From positions 18,101-82,100 of the forward strand of contig JBJDZG010000025.1 of the NCBI GenBank assembly GCA_051867875.1: a DNA stretch of 64,000 nucleotides, written 5' to 3'. Under the pieces are notes generated by a model, which did not search any database, was not told the DNA's origin, and saw nothing but the letters and a program-made list of their open reading frames with translations. Source of the DNA: Eubacteriales bacterium. GTDB lineage: Bacteria > Bacillota > Clostridia > Oscillospirales > CAG-272. Made by a program: the position numbers and the translations under genes. Below, one piece after another: positions 47,690 to 57,188 of the stretch; the stretch's first letter is position 1, and every line of letters begins with the position of its first letter.

Positions 47690-47764
47690 TGGTGACCCGT
47701 ACGGGAATCGAACCCATGTTACAGCCGTGAAAGGGCCGTGTCTTAACCGCTTGACCAACGGGCC
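47690..47764 (-). tRNA. tRNA-Glu (anticodon UUC), CCA encoded
   Basis: Hand-folded cloverleaf: acceptor GGCCCGT/ACGGGTC, anticodon arm CGGCC-CTTTCAC-GGCTG, T arm ATGGG-TTCGATT-CCCGT, then ACCA. Confidence 0.9.
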
Positions 47765-47767
47765 GAA

Positions 47768-47844
47768 TGGTAGCGGGAATTGGACTTGAACCCATGACCT
47801 ATCGGGTATGAACCGATTGCTCTAGCCAACTGAGCTATCCCGCC
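47768..47844 (-). tRNA. tRNA-Met (anticodon CAU, elongator-like; Ile2/lysidine type not excluded), CCA encoded
   Basis: GGCGGGA-TA-GCTC...GAGC, anticodon arm ATCGG-TTCATAC-CCGAT, T loop TTCAAGT, then ACCA. One G-A mismatch in the T stem and a G-U at 1-72 in my fold. Confidence 0.8.
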
Positions 47845-47871
47845 ATTTGTCGCTATATCGGCGACTCGTAT

Positions 47872-47900
47872 ATTTTATCATAAAGGCTCGGTCTTGTCAA
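47872..47900 (-). promoter_or_regulatory. Sigma-A promoter for the tRNA-Met/tRNA-Glu pair
   Basis: On the minus strand: TTGACA (47900-47895), 17-nt spacer, TAAAAT (47877-47872). Confidence 0.65.
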
Positions 47901-48020
47901 TACCTTTTTTCTAAAAAAATGTGTTTTTTTTCATTATTTTTTATTTGTCTGTGAAAAAATCCTATTAAAAAACATCGCCCCAAGGGTTAAAAACCCTCGG
48001 GGCGAATTTTCGCTTTGAGC

Positions 48021-48113
48021 TTATCTTCCGCAGCAGCAGGTGATAAGAAGAAGTGCGATGAGAATGAACCAGATAGTATCGTTCTCAAAAAGGTTGCAAA
48101 GACAGTTATTCAT
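48021..48113 (-). CDS. Candidate small hydrophobic Cys-rich peptide (30 aa), below the ORF-track length cutoff
   Basis: MNNCLCNLFENDTIWFILIALLLITCCCGR. GGAG lies 6 nt upstream of the ATG. A hairpin CGCCCCAAGGGTT-AAAA-ACCCTCGGGGCG lies downstream. Confidence 0.35.
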   Translation of the reverse strand: MNNCLCNLFENDTIWFILIALLLITCCCGR

Positions 48114-48297
48114 AAATTCTCCGTTTCCGCCGCCCGAGCCGTTCTCAAAATCGGTTTGCCCGACGCGGCTAAATCATAAAACTTAAGCCAGCGCAATCGC
48201 TTGCTTTATTATTATCTTATGACGGGCGGGGAAAAGTGTTCTATATTTTTTATCTGCCTTTATTTTGCCGATTGAAACTTTTGCGGGCAAGTTTTGA

Positions 48298-48326
48298 TTG
48301 ACAAACGCTATAAAATGGTATATAAT
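48298..48326 (+). promoter_or_regulatory. Sigma-A promoter for the glpA-like operon
   Basis: TTGACA, 17-nt spacer, TATAAT. Confidence 0.7.
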
Positions 48327-48370
48327 AATATAATAAATGTAACAAATAAATTATGCTTATGGAGAAGAAA

Positions 48371-49822
48371 ATGAAAAAATTTGACGTAGCAATAATAGGT
48401 GCGGGAGTAGTCGGCGGACTCATCGCGCGCGAGCTTTCGCGGTACAGGTTAGGCGTTTGCATTCTGGAAAAGGAATACGACGTTGCGATGGGTGCGACGA
48501 AGGCAAATTCGGGCATTGTGCACGCGGGCTTTGACGCAGAGGAGGGCACACTCAAAGCGCGTCTTAACGTTGAAGGCTCAAAGATGATGAAGCAAGTTAC
48601 CGACGAGCTCGGTGTAAAGTACAAAAACAACGGTTCTCTCGTCGTGGGCTTTGACGAGTCCGACAGAGAGCATCTCTGCCGTCTTATCGCGCGCGGTATT
48701 GCCAACGGAGTTGAGGGTGTGAGAATGGTTGAGCGCGAGGAGCTATGCGAGCTTGAACCGAACATTTCACGCGACGCGCTCTGTGCGCTCTATGCGCCCA
48801 CGGGCGGTATCGTCTGCCCTTACGAGCTTTGCATTTCCGCTATCGGAAACGCCATGGACAACGGCGCGGAGCTTTTCTGCAATTTTGAAGTTGAGAAAAT
48901 AGAGCAGAGCGAGGGCGGATTTATTATTTCGTCAAACAATGACGATATTTATGCAGATTACGTTGTCAACGCGGGCGGAGTTTTCGCCGACGAGATAGCG
49001 AAAATGATTGGGGACGGAAGCTTTTCGGTACGCGCTCGAAAAGGCGACTACATTTTGCTTGACAGAGAGTGCGGCAACCTTGCGCGCCACACGATTTTCC
49101 GCACGCCGAATGAGATGGGCAAGGGAATTTTAGTCAGTCCCACGGTTGACGGAAACCTGCTTCTCGGTCCTACTTCCGTCAACATTGACGACAAGACGGA
49201 CAAAAAGACGGACGCGGGCGACCTCTCTAAAATTATGGCTCGTGCGAGCGAAAACCTATGTGTTGCCGTGCCTTTCGGCAAGTCGATAACTTCTTTTTGC
49301 GGACTGCGAGCGGTGGGTTCAACGGGTGATTTTATCATCGGTGCGTCAAGTGTAAATCCGCATTTTATAAATGTTGCGGGTATTGAATCCCCCGGACTTT
49401 CCGCGTCCCCTGCGATTGCGCGGTACGTCGTTGACATTCTCGGCGGTGCGGGGCTTAAACTTGAAAAAAATGATAATTTCAATCCGATAAGAGTGCCGAA
49501 GCACGCTTTCCGCGAGGGCACGATTGCACAGAAAAATGAATTTATTAAGCGCGACAGCTCCTACGGAAAAATTATCTGCCGCTGCGAAGGTATCAGCGAG
49601 GGCGAAATTCTCGACGCCATTCGCTCAAATCCGCGCGCTACGGACGTTGACGGCGTAAAACGCCGCACCCGTGCGGGAATGGGACGCTGTCAGGGCGGAT
49701 TTTGCGCGCCATACGTTATGGAGCTTATTGCGCGCGAGAGGGGCGTTGACTTTGAGTCCGTAACAAAGTGCGGCGGAGACTCCGCGATAGTATACGGAAA
49801 GACGAAAGGGGAGAAGGTATGA
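48371..49822 (+). CDS. FAD-dependent oxidoreductase, anaerobic glycerol-3-phosphate dehydrogenase-like (DAO domain plus BFD-like [2Fe-2S] domain)
   Basis: FDVAIIGAGVVGG dinucleotide fold and CRCEGISEGEILDAI BFD-like motif. ATG 48371 follows GGAGAAG. Alternative ATG at 48353. Confidence 0.8.
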   Translation: MKKFDVAIIGAGVVGGLIARELSRYRLGVCILEKEYDVAMGATKANSGIVHAGFDAEEGTLKARLNVEGSKMMKQVTDELGVKYKNNGSLVVGFDESDREHLCRLIARGIANGVEGVRMVEREELCELEPNISRDALCALYAPTGGIVCPYELCISAIGNAMDNGAELFCNFEVEKIEQSEGGFIISSNNDDIYADYVVNAGGVFADEIAKMIGDGSFSVRARKGDYILLDRECGNLARHTIFRTPNEMGKGILVSPTVDGNLLLGPTSVNIDDKTDKKTDAGDLSKIMARASENLCVAVPFGKSITSFCGLRAVGSTGDFIIGASSVNPHFINVAGIESPGLSASPAIARYVVDILGGAGLKLEKNDNFNPIRVPKHAFREGTIAQKNEFIKRDSSYGKIICRCEGISEGEILDAIRSNPRATDVDGVKRRTRAGMGRCQGGFCAPYVMELIARERGVDFESVTKCGGDSAIVYGKTKGEKV

Positions 49823-51060
49823 GAAAAATTGACCTCGTTATAGTCGGCGGCGGACCTGCGGGTATGAGCGCGGCTATCTCCGCATACGAAAACGGAATAC
49901 GCGATATGCTTATTATCGAGAGGGATTCGTCCCTCGGCGGTATTCTTCAACAGTGCATTCACAACGGCTTTGGGCTTCATACCTTCGGCGAGGAGCTCAC
50001 GGGCCCCGAGTACGCTTGGAGATATGAAGAGAAGGTTCGGGAGCTCGGCATTCCCGTAATGCTTGACACTATGGTGCTGAGTATTGATGAAAACAGAAAA
50101 ATCGTTGCCACTAATGAGCGCGACGGCATTTTTGAGATTGAAGCAAAGGCGATAATTCTCGCTATGGGCTGCCGTGAGCGTCCGCGAGGCGCTCTCAATA
50201 TTGCGGGCACACGCCCCTCGGGCATTTATTCGGCGGGCATGGCGCAGAAGCTCGTCAATATCAAGGGCTATATGCCCGGTAAGAACGTCGTTATTCTCGG
50301 TTCGGGCGATATCGGGCTTATTATGGCGCGAAGAATGACCTTTGAGGGTGCAAAGGTGCACGCGGTCTGCGAGCTTATGCCGTATTCGGGCGGACTTGCG
50401 AGAAACATTGAGCAATGTCTTAACGATTTCGGTATTCCGCTCCGTCTCAGCCACACGGTGGTTGAGATACACGGCAAGGAGCGTCTTGAAGGCGTTACGA
50501 TAGCCAAGGTGGACGAGCGCCGCAGACCGATTGAGAGTACCCGCGAGTACATTCCGTGCGACACGCTCCTGCTCTCCGTCGGACTTATTCCCGAAAACGA
50601 GCTGACCGTCGGCGCGGGCATTGAGATGAGCAGAATTACAAACGGAGCTGTCGTTGACCAGAACCGCAGAACGAGTGCCGAGGGCATTTTCGCATGCGGA
50701 AACGTGCTCCACGTTCACGACCTTGTCGATTTCGTTTCGTCCGAGGCGGAAATCGCGGGCAGGGGTGCTGCGGATTACATTCTCGGCAAGAGCGAGCGCG
50801 ACACGAAAAATATTGAAATTTCCACCGACGGCAAGGTGCGCTACACCGTTCCGCAGAGGATAACGAACGACGGCGACGTTGACGTTTACTTCCGCGTTTC
50901 CGACGTTTACAGGAATGCAATCCTAAAAGTCTGCGACGGCGAGCGCGTGATATTGCAGAAGAAAAAGCCGAAATTCGCGCCCGGTGAGATGGAGAGCGTA
51001 AAGCTCTCCGCGGATATGCTCCGAGGCGTGGAAAAGCTCACGCTTTCGCTTGAAATTTGA
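49819..51060 (+). CDS. NAD(P)/FAD-dependent oxidoreductase (pyridine nucleotide-disulfide family), partner subunit
   Basis: IDLVIVGGGPAGMSAA and VVILGSGDIGL Rossmann motifs. ATG overlaps the upstream stop (ATGA). Confidence 0.8.
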   Translation: MRKIDLVIVGGGPAGMSAAISAYENGIRDMLIIERDSSLGGILQQCIHNGFGLHTFGEELTGPEYAWRYEEKVRELGIPVMLDTMVLSIDENRKIVATNERDGIFEIEAKAIILAMGCRERPRGALNIAGTRPSGIYSAGMAQKLVNIKGYMPGKNVVILGSGDIGLIMARRMTFEGAKVHAVCELMPYSGGLARNIEQCLNDFGIPLRLSHTVVEIHGKERLEGVTIAKVDERRRPIESTREYIPCDTLLLSVGLIPENELTVGAGIEMSRITNGAVVDQNRRTSAEGIFACGNVLHVHDLVDFVSSEAEIAGRGAADYILGKSERDTKNIEISTDGKVRYTVPQRITNDGDVDVYFRVSDVYRNAILKVCDGERVILQKKKPKFAPGEMESVKLSADMLRGVEKLTLSLEI

Positions 51061-51075
51061 TTGGGGGTGCGAAAA

Positions 51076-51420
51076 ATGGATAAAAGAGAACTTACGTGCA
51101 TAATTTGCCCCCGCGGCTGTCAACTGTCGGCAGAGGCGAGCGGTGAGGAGATAACCGTTTCGGGCAATCTTTGCCCGCGCGGTAAAACTTACGCGATAAA
51201 CGAGTGCACAAACCCCGTCCGCACGGTTACGACGACTGCGCGCACGAGCGACGGCGGTGTGGTTGCGGTCAAGACCGCTTCGCCCATTCCGAAAGACAAA
51301 ATGGCGGAGTGTATGGCGATCATAAATTCTTGCGTTGTTAAACTCCCCGTACGCGTCGGCGACGTCATTCTCCGCGACGTTTTCGGCGCAGAGATAGTTG
51401 CGACGCAGAATAAAGGCTGA
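51076..51420 (+). CDS. DUF1667 domain protein (third subunit of the GlpA-like set)
   Basis: LTCIICPRGCQL...GNLCPRG motif and the conserved three-gene context. Confidence 0.75.
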   Translation: MDKRELTCIICPRGCQLSAEASGEEITVSGNLCPRGKTYAINECTNPVRTVTTTARTSDGGVVAVKTASPIPKDKMAECMAIINSCVVKLPVRVGDVILRDVFGAEIVATQNKG

Positions 51421-51447
51421 TTTTACAGAAGCAGGAACGAATAAATA

Positions 51448-52287
51448 ATGAAAATAAGAGAGTCTTTTTTTGAAATTTCGGACGGGGTGAAAATTCCCGC
51501 CATCGGCTTTGGCACGTGGCAGGCGGCGGACGGCGAGGAAGCGTATTCCTCGTGCCTTTCGGCTCTGCGTGCGGGCTATCGCCATATTGACACGGCGTTT
51601 GCTTACGGTAACGAGCAGAGCGTTGCGCGTGCGGTGCGCGACAGCGGGCTTTCCCGCTCCGAGATATTTCTTACCACGAAATTGCCTGCGGATATTAAGA
51701 CCTACGAGGGGGCTATGGAGTATTTCAACACTTCGCTCGGCAACCTCGGGACGGATTATCTTGACCTATATCTCATTCACGCGCCGTGGCCTTGGAGTGA
51801 TGTCGGAAAAGACTGCACGGACGGAAATATTGAGGCTTGGCGTGCGATGATTGACCTTAAAGAGCAGGGAAAGGTGCGCGCGATTGGCGTGTCGAACTTT
51901 GGCGTGCGCGATATTGAGGCGTTGGTCAAGGCGACAGGCATTGTGCCTGCGGTAAATCAAATCAGATTTTTCGTCGGCAATACGCAGAATGAGATTTACG
52001 ACTATTGCCGAGAGAGGGGTATTCTGGTTGAGGCATATTCGCCCATCGCCACGGGTGCGCTCGTCGGTAACGAGGTGCTCTGCGAGATGGCGGAGAGGTA
52101 CGGTGTATCCGTTGCGCGTCTGTGCATAAGATACTGTGTGCAGAAGGGTACTTTGCCGCTTCCGAAGTCTGTAAACGAGGCGAGAATTGCCGAAAATATC
52201 GACGTGGATTTTGAAATAAGCGAGCGCGATATGGCGTATCTCGATTCGCTCTATCACATAGGTCCGACAAGACCGTTTAGAAGTTGA
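51448..52287 (+). CDS. Aldo/keto reductase (2,5-diketo-D-gluconate reductase-like)
   Basis: GFGTW, GYRHIDTA, LDLYLIHAP and IGVSNF motifs. 279 aa. Confidence 0.9.
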   Translation: MKIRESFFEISDGVKIPAIGFGTWQAADGEEAYSSCLSALRAGYRHIDTAFAYGNEQSVARAVRDSGLSRSEIFLTTKLPADIKTYEGAMEYFNTSLGNLGTDYLDLYLIHAPWPWSDVGKDCTDGNIEAWRAMIDLKEQGKVRAIGVSNFGVRDIEALVKATGIVPAVNQIRFFVGNTQNEIYDYCRERGILVEAYSPIATGALVGNEVLCEMAERYGVSVARLCIRYCVQKGTLPLPKSVNEARIAENIDVDFEISERDMAYLDSLYHIGPTRPFRS

Positions 52288-52373
52288 AATTGAAATTCGG
52301 CGGTTATTTTGAGGCAAATAAATCCCTCGCGGGATTTGAAAATGCGCCTTGGCGCGTGAATTTAATCAAAAAT

Positions 52374-52414
52374 AAAGAGCGAACAACGGATTTTTCTCCG
52401 CTTGTTCGCTCTTT
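52374..52414 (+). terminator. Intrinsic terminator after the AKR gene
   Basis: AAAGAGCGAACAA ... TTGTTCGCTCTTT followed by TTG. Confidence 0.7.
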
Positions 52415-52457
52415 TTGTTGCGCGCACGGATATGTGCGAACGCCTCACGCACCTCAC

Positions 52458-52487
52458 CCGTAGGGGGCGACGTCCTCGACGCCCCGC
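52458..52487 (-). repeat. REP core (reverse orientation)
   Basis: CCCGTAGGGGGCGACGTCCTCGACGCCCC. Confidence 0.75.
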
Positions 52488-52502
52488 CTCGCATTCGCAC
52501 GG

Positions 52503-52678
52503 GTGCACGCGCAACAAATGTAGGGACCGGCGTCCCCGACGGTCCGTTTTGAAACGCAAACAACATAATTGCCGTAAAAATCATTTAATTGTTTGATATG
52601 TTTCTAGGCAATTTTCTCGTGCGGTCAGAACTCCACGCTTTTCGGGGCGTCGAAGACGTCGCCCCCTACGGATTATAT
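52503..52678 (-). repeat. REPIN/MITE-like doublet, copy 2 (inverted relative to 12525-12700)
   Basis: Its reverse complement aligns base by base with 12525-12700. REP cores at 52519-52546 and 52644-52672. Confidence 0.8.
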
Positions 52679-52819
52679 AACAAAATCGGCGCGGAGCAAA
52701 ACGACCGAATAGGTGCGGTGCTGACTCGTTTGCCATCAACAGGCGTAGCAGAAACGGTTTGTCTGTGCTCTCGGTAGCAAACGGGTTTTTCTTCTCGCTC
52801 GCAGAAAGAGAAGAAAAAC

Positions 52820-52859
52820 GAATGGGGGTTGTAACGCCAAAGCATTACAACCCCCATTC
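52820..52859 (-). terminator. Strong hairpin terminator downstream of the DUF4830-like gene
   Basis: Perfect 15-bp stem GAATGGGGGTTGTAA/TTACAACCCCCATTC with a 10-nt loop, followed on the minus strand by GTTTTT. Confidence 0.7.
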
Positions 52860-52971
52860 AATTTGAGGCAACGCTCAAATTCCGTTTGCACGGATTTAGT
52901 CTGCGAAGCTCGGCAAAGAAGTTTTTTGGTTCTTTTTTTCAAAAAAGAACAATCCCAAGCTACTAACTAAA

Positions 52972-53457
52972 TTATTTTCTCTCAAGTCCGTGGACGAATC
53001 CGTTGACGTCGGCGGAGCAGACGTCGCCCGCGATGACGTTATTGCGATAGACGAGAATATTTATATACACCTCACCGTCGTATCCCGGATAATTCGTGAC
53101 GGCGTAGGTGTAGCGTTTGACGCATTTTTTCTTGAATGCGGTAAGGTCGAGTCCTTGCGCGCGCTGAATTTCGTTATACTGCGAGAAAATCTTATCAAAA
53201 TCCTTGGGGATTACTACCTCTTCTTCACGCAAGGGCTGCGGATTGACCTCCCAGCCGAACTGCTTGAAAAAGTTGATTCTGTCCTCGTTTGTTTTGATTT
53301 TTTCATAATTATATGAAGCGTCAGCGCCGACCTGTGCCGAGTCCTCGCTCTGCATATACGTCGGTACGAAAGCAATCAGCGCGATTAGTGCGGCGAGGGA
53401 AAGGCAGATAACTGCGAAAAATTTTATTGTATTTGCGTGCATTGAATAAATGAACAT
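52972..53457 (-). CDS. Membrane-anchored small protein (DUF4830-like)
   Basis: 161 aa with an N-terminal TM and a GGAGG RBS. The family call is from memory of the GWEV...IP..F...Y..YN..Q pattern. Confidence 0.55.
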   Translation of the reverse strand: MFIYSMHANTIKFFAVICLSLAALIALIAFVPTYMQSEDSAQVGADASYNYEKIKTNEDRINFFKQFGWEVNPQPLREEEVVIPKDFDKIFSQYNEIQRAQGLDLTAFKKKCVKRYTYAVTNYPGYDGEVYINILVYRNNVIAGDVCSADVNGFVHGLERK

Positions 53458-53475
53458 ATTTTACCTCCGAGGAAA

Positions 53476-54270
53476 TCACTTGTTTACTTGATTATATGCC
53501 CGTTTTTTCTCTTTAATGCCCGCAGGAGCAAAACAATTTTCAAGATATATTTTGAGCGCGATGACAAGCGTCCCCAGCGAGAGTGCAAATTTCCGCGCCC
53601 GCTCGGGCTCGCAAGCTATTCTCCATAACCATTCGAGCCCGTATTTTCTGAATATTTCGGGTGCGCGCTCTATGTCGCCAGCCCAGACGTCGAGCGAGCC
53701 GCCAAGGCACGCGAAAATCTTGACGGTGGGCAGAGCGCTCCGCGAGAGCACGACGAATTTTTCCTGCCTCGGAAATCCTCTGCAAACGAGCAGGACATCG
53801 GGGGTGCAGGCGTTAATTTGCGTGCATATTCGGTGAATCTCCGAGTCGTCGAAAAAACCGTTATGAGTGCCGCAAATTTTGAGATTTTTATGTTTTCGGA
53901 GCAAATTATTCGCTGCTTTTTCGGCAACGCCGTCCCTGCCGCCGAGAAGATAGACGGACTTGCCCTCTTTTTCGCAGAGTGCGAGCAGTCTCTCGCCGAA
54001 ATCTATGCCCGCGACTCTGTTTTCTATCCTTTGTCCCAAGAGAGAGGCGACTATGCTTATTCCGACTCCGTCGGGGAGTGAGAGGTCGGCGGAGTTTAAG
54101 ACGGCACGTGCGCCCGCGCTCATTCTTGCTCCGTGCAATATTTCAAGATTAGGCGTTACGACGGAAATCGCACTCGCCCCGCGAAGCACGCTTTGGGCTC
54201 GCTTTTCTGCTTGTCCAAGTGAGATGTCGTCCACCCAAAGTCCGAATAAATTTACTCTTTTTTGCAACAT
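53476..54270 (-). CDS. tagA: WecB/TagA/CpsF family glycosyltransferase
   Basis: PDGVGI, GRDG, VCRGFPRQEKF and LEWLWR motifs. ATG 54270 (MLQKRVNLFG) is preferred over 54315. Confidence 0.8.
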   Translation of the reverse strand: MLQKRVNLFGLWVDDISLGQAEKRAQSVLRGASAISVVTPNLEILHGARMSAGARAVLNSADLSLPDGVGISIVASLLGQRIENRVAGIDFGERLLALCEKEGKSVYLLGGRDGVAEKAANNLLRKHKNLKICGTHNGFFDDSEIHRICTQINACTPDVLLVCRGFPRQEKFVVLSRSALPTVKIFACLGGSLDVWAGDIERAPEIFRKYGLEWLWRIACEPERARKFALSLGTLVIALKIYLENCFAPAGIKEKKRAYNQVNK

Positions 54271-54286
54271 AAAATTCCTTCCCCCG

Positions 54287-54315
54287 TTGACAAAGTGCGG
54301 AAAATGTGATATCAT
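54287..54315 (+). promoter_or_regulatory. Sigma-A promoter for proS
   Basis: TTGACA, 17-nt spacer, TGaTATCAT. Confidence 0.6.
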
Positions 54316-54459
54316 ACTTTATTATGATAGGTAAGTGTGCTCCGTATTCAACGGCTCACGCAATTTATATGAATTTTCAGGGGAAATGGCTCTGCCTTCG
54401 GCAAATTCAAGGCTCTTTCTCCCGACTGCATAGCGGTTATGCGGTCAAAGGCTGATAAA

Positions 54460-55899
54460 ATGGCAAAAGACAAAAAACTTGTTGAGCAGATTACATCAAT
54501 GGATACCGACTTTGCTCAGTGGTACACCGACATTTGCAAAAAAGCGGAGCTTATGGACTACTCCAGCGTTAAGGGCTGTATGATTTTCCGTCCTTACGGC
54601 TACGCAATCTGGGAAAATATACAGAAAGACCTTGACGCTCGCTTCAAGGCTCTCGGACACGAGAACGTTTATATGCCAATGTTCATTCCCGAGTCGCTTT
54701 TACAGAGAGAGAAGGACCACGTTGAAGGCTTTGCGCCCGAGTGCGCTTGGGTTACGGTGGGCGGAGAGAACAAATTGGCTGAACGCCTTTGTGTCCGTCC
54801 CACTTCGGAAACTCTTTTCTGCGAGCATTTCAAGAACGTAATTCACTCCTACCGCGACCTGCCCAAGCTCTACAACCAGTGGTGCTCCGTAGTTCGTTGG
54901 GAAAAAACGACTCGCCCCTTCCTTCGCACGAGCGAGTTCCTCTGGCAAGAGGGACATACCATGCACGAAACAGCAGAGGAAGCGCGCAACGAAACCCTTA
55001 CGATGCTCAAGGTTTACGAGGATTTTTACCGCGATTCGCTTGCAATTCCCGCTATCACGGGACGCAAGACCGACAAGGAAAAGTTTGCAGGAGCTGAGGA
55101 AACTTACACGATTGAGCCCATGATGCACAACGGCGTTGCGCTCCAAGGCGGTACTACGCACTATTTCGGCGACGGCTTTGCACGCGCGTTTGACATTACC
55201 TTTGCAGGCAGAGATAATACGGTTAAGTATCCTCATCAGACCTCTTGGGGTGTTTCCACGCGTATGATAGGCGCTATCATTATGACGCACGGCGACGACA
55301 ACGGTCTTATCCTTCCACCTGCGATTGCGCCTATTCAGGTCATCATCGTGCCCGTTGCACAGCACAAAGAGGGCGTTCTCGAAAAGGCGGACGAAATCAG
55401 GAGAAAGCTTGCCGCTTCCTTCCGCGTAAAGCTTGACGACAGCGACCAGTCTACCGGTTGGAAGTTCAGTCAGTACGAGATGAAGGGCGTTCCCGTTCGT
55501 CTTGAAATCGGTCCTAAGGACATTGAAAACAATTCCTGCGTGCTCGTCAGCCGTGTTACGAGAGAAAAGAAGTTCGTTTCTCTTGACAACGTTGAAGAGG
55601 AAGTGCGCGCTATGCTCGCTCAGGTTCACGCAGAGCTTACGGAGAGAGTCAAGAAAAATCTTGAGGAAAAGACCTACGTTGCAACGAATTTTGAGGAGTT
55701 TCTCGATATCGCAGAAAACAAGCCCGGCTACATTAAAGCTATGTGGTGCGGCGGAGTTGAGTGCGAGGACAAGATTAAGGACGTAACGGGCGGTGTCAAA
55801 TCCCGTTGCATTCCCTTCAATGAAGAAAAGCTCAGCGACGTCTGCGTTTGCTGCGGAAAGCCCGCACGTCACATGGTCGTCTGGGGCAGACAGTATTGA
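54460..55899 (+). CDS. proS: Proline--tRNA ligase (archaeal/eukaryote-like type)
   Basis: [20 protein letters not shown], class II aaRS motifs and a C-terminal Zn-binding CxxC...CxxC. ATG 54460 (MAKDKKL) is preferred. Confidence 0.95.
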   Translation: MAKDKKLVEQITSMDTDFAQWYTDICKKAELMDYSSVKGCMIFRPYGYAIWENIQKDLDARFKALGHENVYMPMFIPESLLQREKDHVEGFAPECAWVTVGGENKLAERLCVRPTSETLFCEHFKNVIHSYRDLPKLYNQWCSVVRWEKTTRPFLRTSEFLWQEGHTMHETAEEARNETLTMLKVYEDFYRDSLAIPAITGRKTDKEKFAGAEETYTIEPMMHNGVALQGGTTHYFGDGFARAFDITFAGRDNTVKYPHQTSWGVSTRMIGAIIMTHGDDNGLILPPAIAPIQVIIVPVAQHKEGVLEKADEIRRKLAASFRVKLDDSDQSTGWKFSQYEMKGVPVRLEIGPKDIENNSCVLVSRVTREKKFVSLDNVEEEVRAMLAQVHAELTERVKKNLEEKTYVATNFEEFLDIAENKPGYIKAMWCGGVECEDKIKDVTGGVKSRCIPFNEEKLSDVCVCCGKPARHMVVWGRQY

Positions 55900-55910
55900 T
55901 TAAATTATAA

Positions 55911-55948
55911 AAAAGCACTTATATCCGTATATGTAAGTGCTTTTTTTT
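55911..55948 (+). terminator. Intrinsic terminator after proS
   Basis: AAAAGCACTTATAT-CCGT-ATATGTAAGTGCTTTTTTTT. Confidence 0.85.
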
Positions 55949-55973
55949 GAAAAACCGAGAGAGGAGGAGAGAT

Positions 55974-57137
55974 ATGTTCAGAACGTTCGGAAAATTGATA
56001 AAGAACTCGTTTTACAAGCTTGACAAGCCCATACTAATAAGCTCGCTGATAATCACGCTTATGAGCCTTGTTACTATCTACGGCGCGCGTGAGAATTTCG
56101 GCATGAGCAAGCTCGTGATGCAGATCGCGATGACTGCCGTGGGACTGTGCGCGGTTATGGTAATTGTACACATCGATTACAGGCTGTTCGTCGATAAATA
56201 TTGGATATTGCTCTTCATCGGTTCGAGTTTCCTTCTGGCTCTTACGCTCATTTTGGGCGATACGGGTGCTAACGGCACGGAGAGTGCCAACAAAAGCTGG
56301 CTTACGATTATCAAAATCGGCTCGCGCTCCTTCCAGATTCAGCCCTCGGAGTTTGTTAAAATTGCCTTCATCATCAGCTTTTCAAAGCATCTTTCAATGG
56401 TCAAGGACAGCATAAACAAAATTAAAACGCTCATTCCGCTTGCCATTCACGCAGGCGTGATAGTGGGATTAATTCTCCTTTCGGGCGACCTCGGCGTTGC
56501 ACTCGTCTACGTCGGAATTATCGCTATAATGCTCGCGTTTGCGGGGCTTAGTCCGTGGTATTTCGCGGGCGCGATGGGTGCGGTTGTGATTGCTTTTCCT
56601 TTCCTTTGGGAATTTATGAGCGAGTACCAGCGCAACAGAATCATTTACGGCTTTCAGCCCGAGCTTGACCCGGAGCATTACGGCTTTCAGCCGCTTCTGT
56701 CGCTCGACGCGATTAGTGCGGGCGGATTTTTCGGCAGAGGAATTAACGGCGGCGGATTTTACGAGGTGCTTCCCGCGTCGCACACGGACTTTATTTTTGC
56801 GACCTATTGCGAAATGTTCGGATTTGTCGGCGCGCTCGCATTTCTCGCTTCCCTCACCGTTCTTATTTTCCGAATGATAAGGCTCGCAAAGACCTGTAAA
56901 ACCGAGTTCGGCGGACTTATCTGCATAGGAATTGCGGGAATGTTCATCGTGCAGTCGGTTATGAATATCGGAATGTGCCTTGCGATGCTACCCGTTATCG
57001 GAATTACGCTTCCGTTTATGAGCGCGGGCGGCTCGTCAATGCTTGCACTTTATCTGGCGATGGGAATGCTCCATGCAATCAGTGCTTACGAAACCAAATC
57101 GTCGCGCGCCTTACGCAAATCGGTTAGGATAAAATAA
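55974..57137 (+). CDS. FtsW/RodA/SpoVE family peptidoglycan glycosyltransferase
   Basis: 10-TM SEDS profile with QPSEF.K and TDFIFA motifs. ATG 55974 lies after GGAGGAGAG. The ORF-track start at 55947 lies inside the terminator. Confidence 0.85.
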   Translation: MFRTFGKLIKNSFYKLDKPILISSLIITLMSLVTIYGARENFGMSKLVMQIAMTAVGLCAVMVIVHIDYRLFVDKYWILLFIGSSFLLALTLILGDTGANGTESANKSWLTIIKIGSRSFQIQPSEFVKIAFIISFSKHLSMVKDSINKIKTLIPLAIHAGVIVGLILLSGDLGVALVYVGIIAIMLAFAGLSPWYFAGAMGAVVIAFPFLWEFMSEYQRNRIIYGFQPELDPEHYGFQPLLSLDAISAGGFFGRGINGGGFYEVLPASHTDFIFATYCEMFGFVGALAFLASLTVLIFRMIRLAKTCKTEFGGLICIGIAGMFIVQSVMNIGMCLAMLPVIGITLPFMSAGGSSMLALYLAMGMLHAISAYETKSSRALRKSVRIK

Positions 57138-57175
57138 AAACTGAAAAGCCGTTCGTTTGAACGGCTTTTCAGTTT
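57138..57175 (+). terminator. Intrinsic terminator
   Basis: AAACTGAAAAGCCGTTC-GTTT-GAACGGCTTTTCAGTTT. Confidence 0.85.
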
Positions 57176-57188
57176 ATTAATAAAAAGG

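Noticed and set aside
47372-47850. Integrated prophage or genomic island at tRNA-Glu.
   Set aside because: Partial tRNA 3'-end copies exist, but only 134 bp separates them and no integrase or cargo genes are present. This is reported as a repeat or footprint, not as an island.
54316-54459. T-box leader upstream of proS.
   Set aside because: The leader is only about 140 nt. I could not find the conserved T-box sequence, an AGAGA or specifier-loop arrangement, or a terminator/antiterminator pair.
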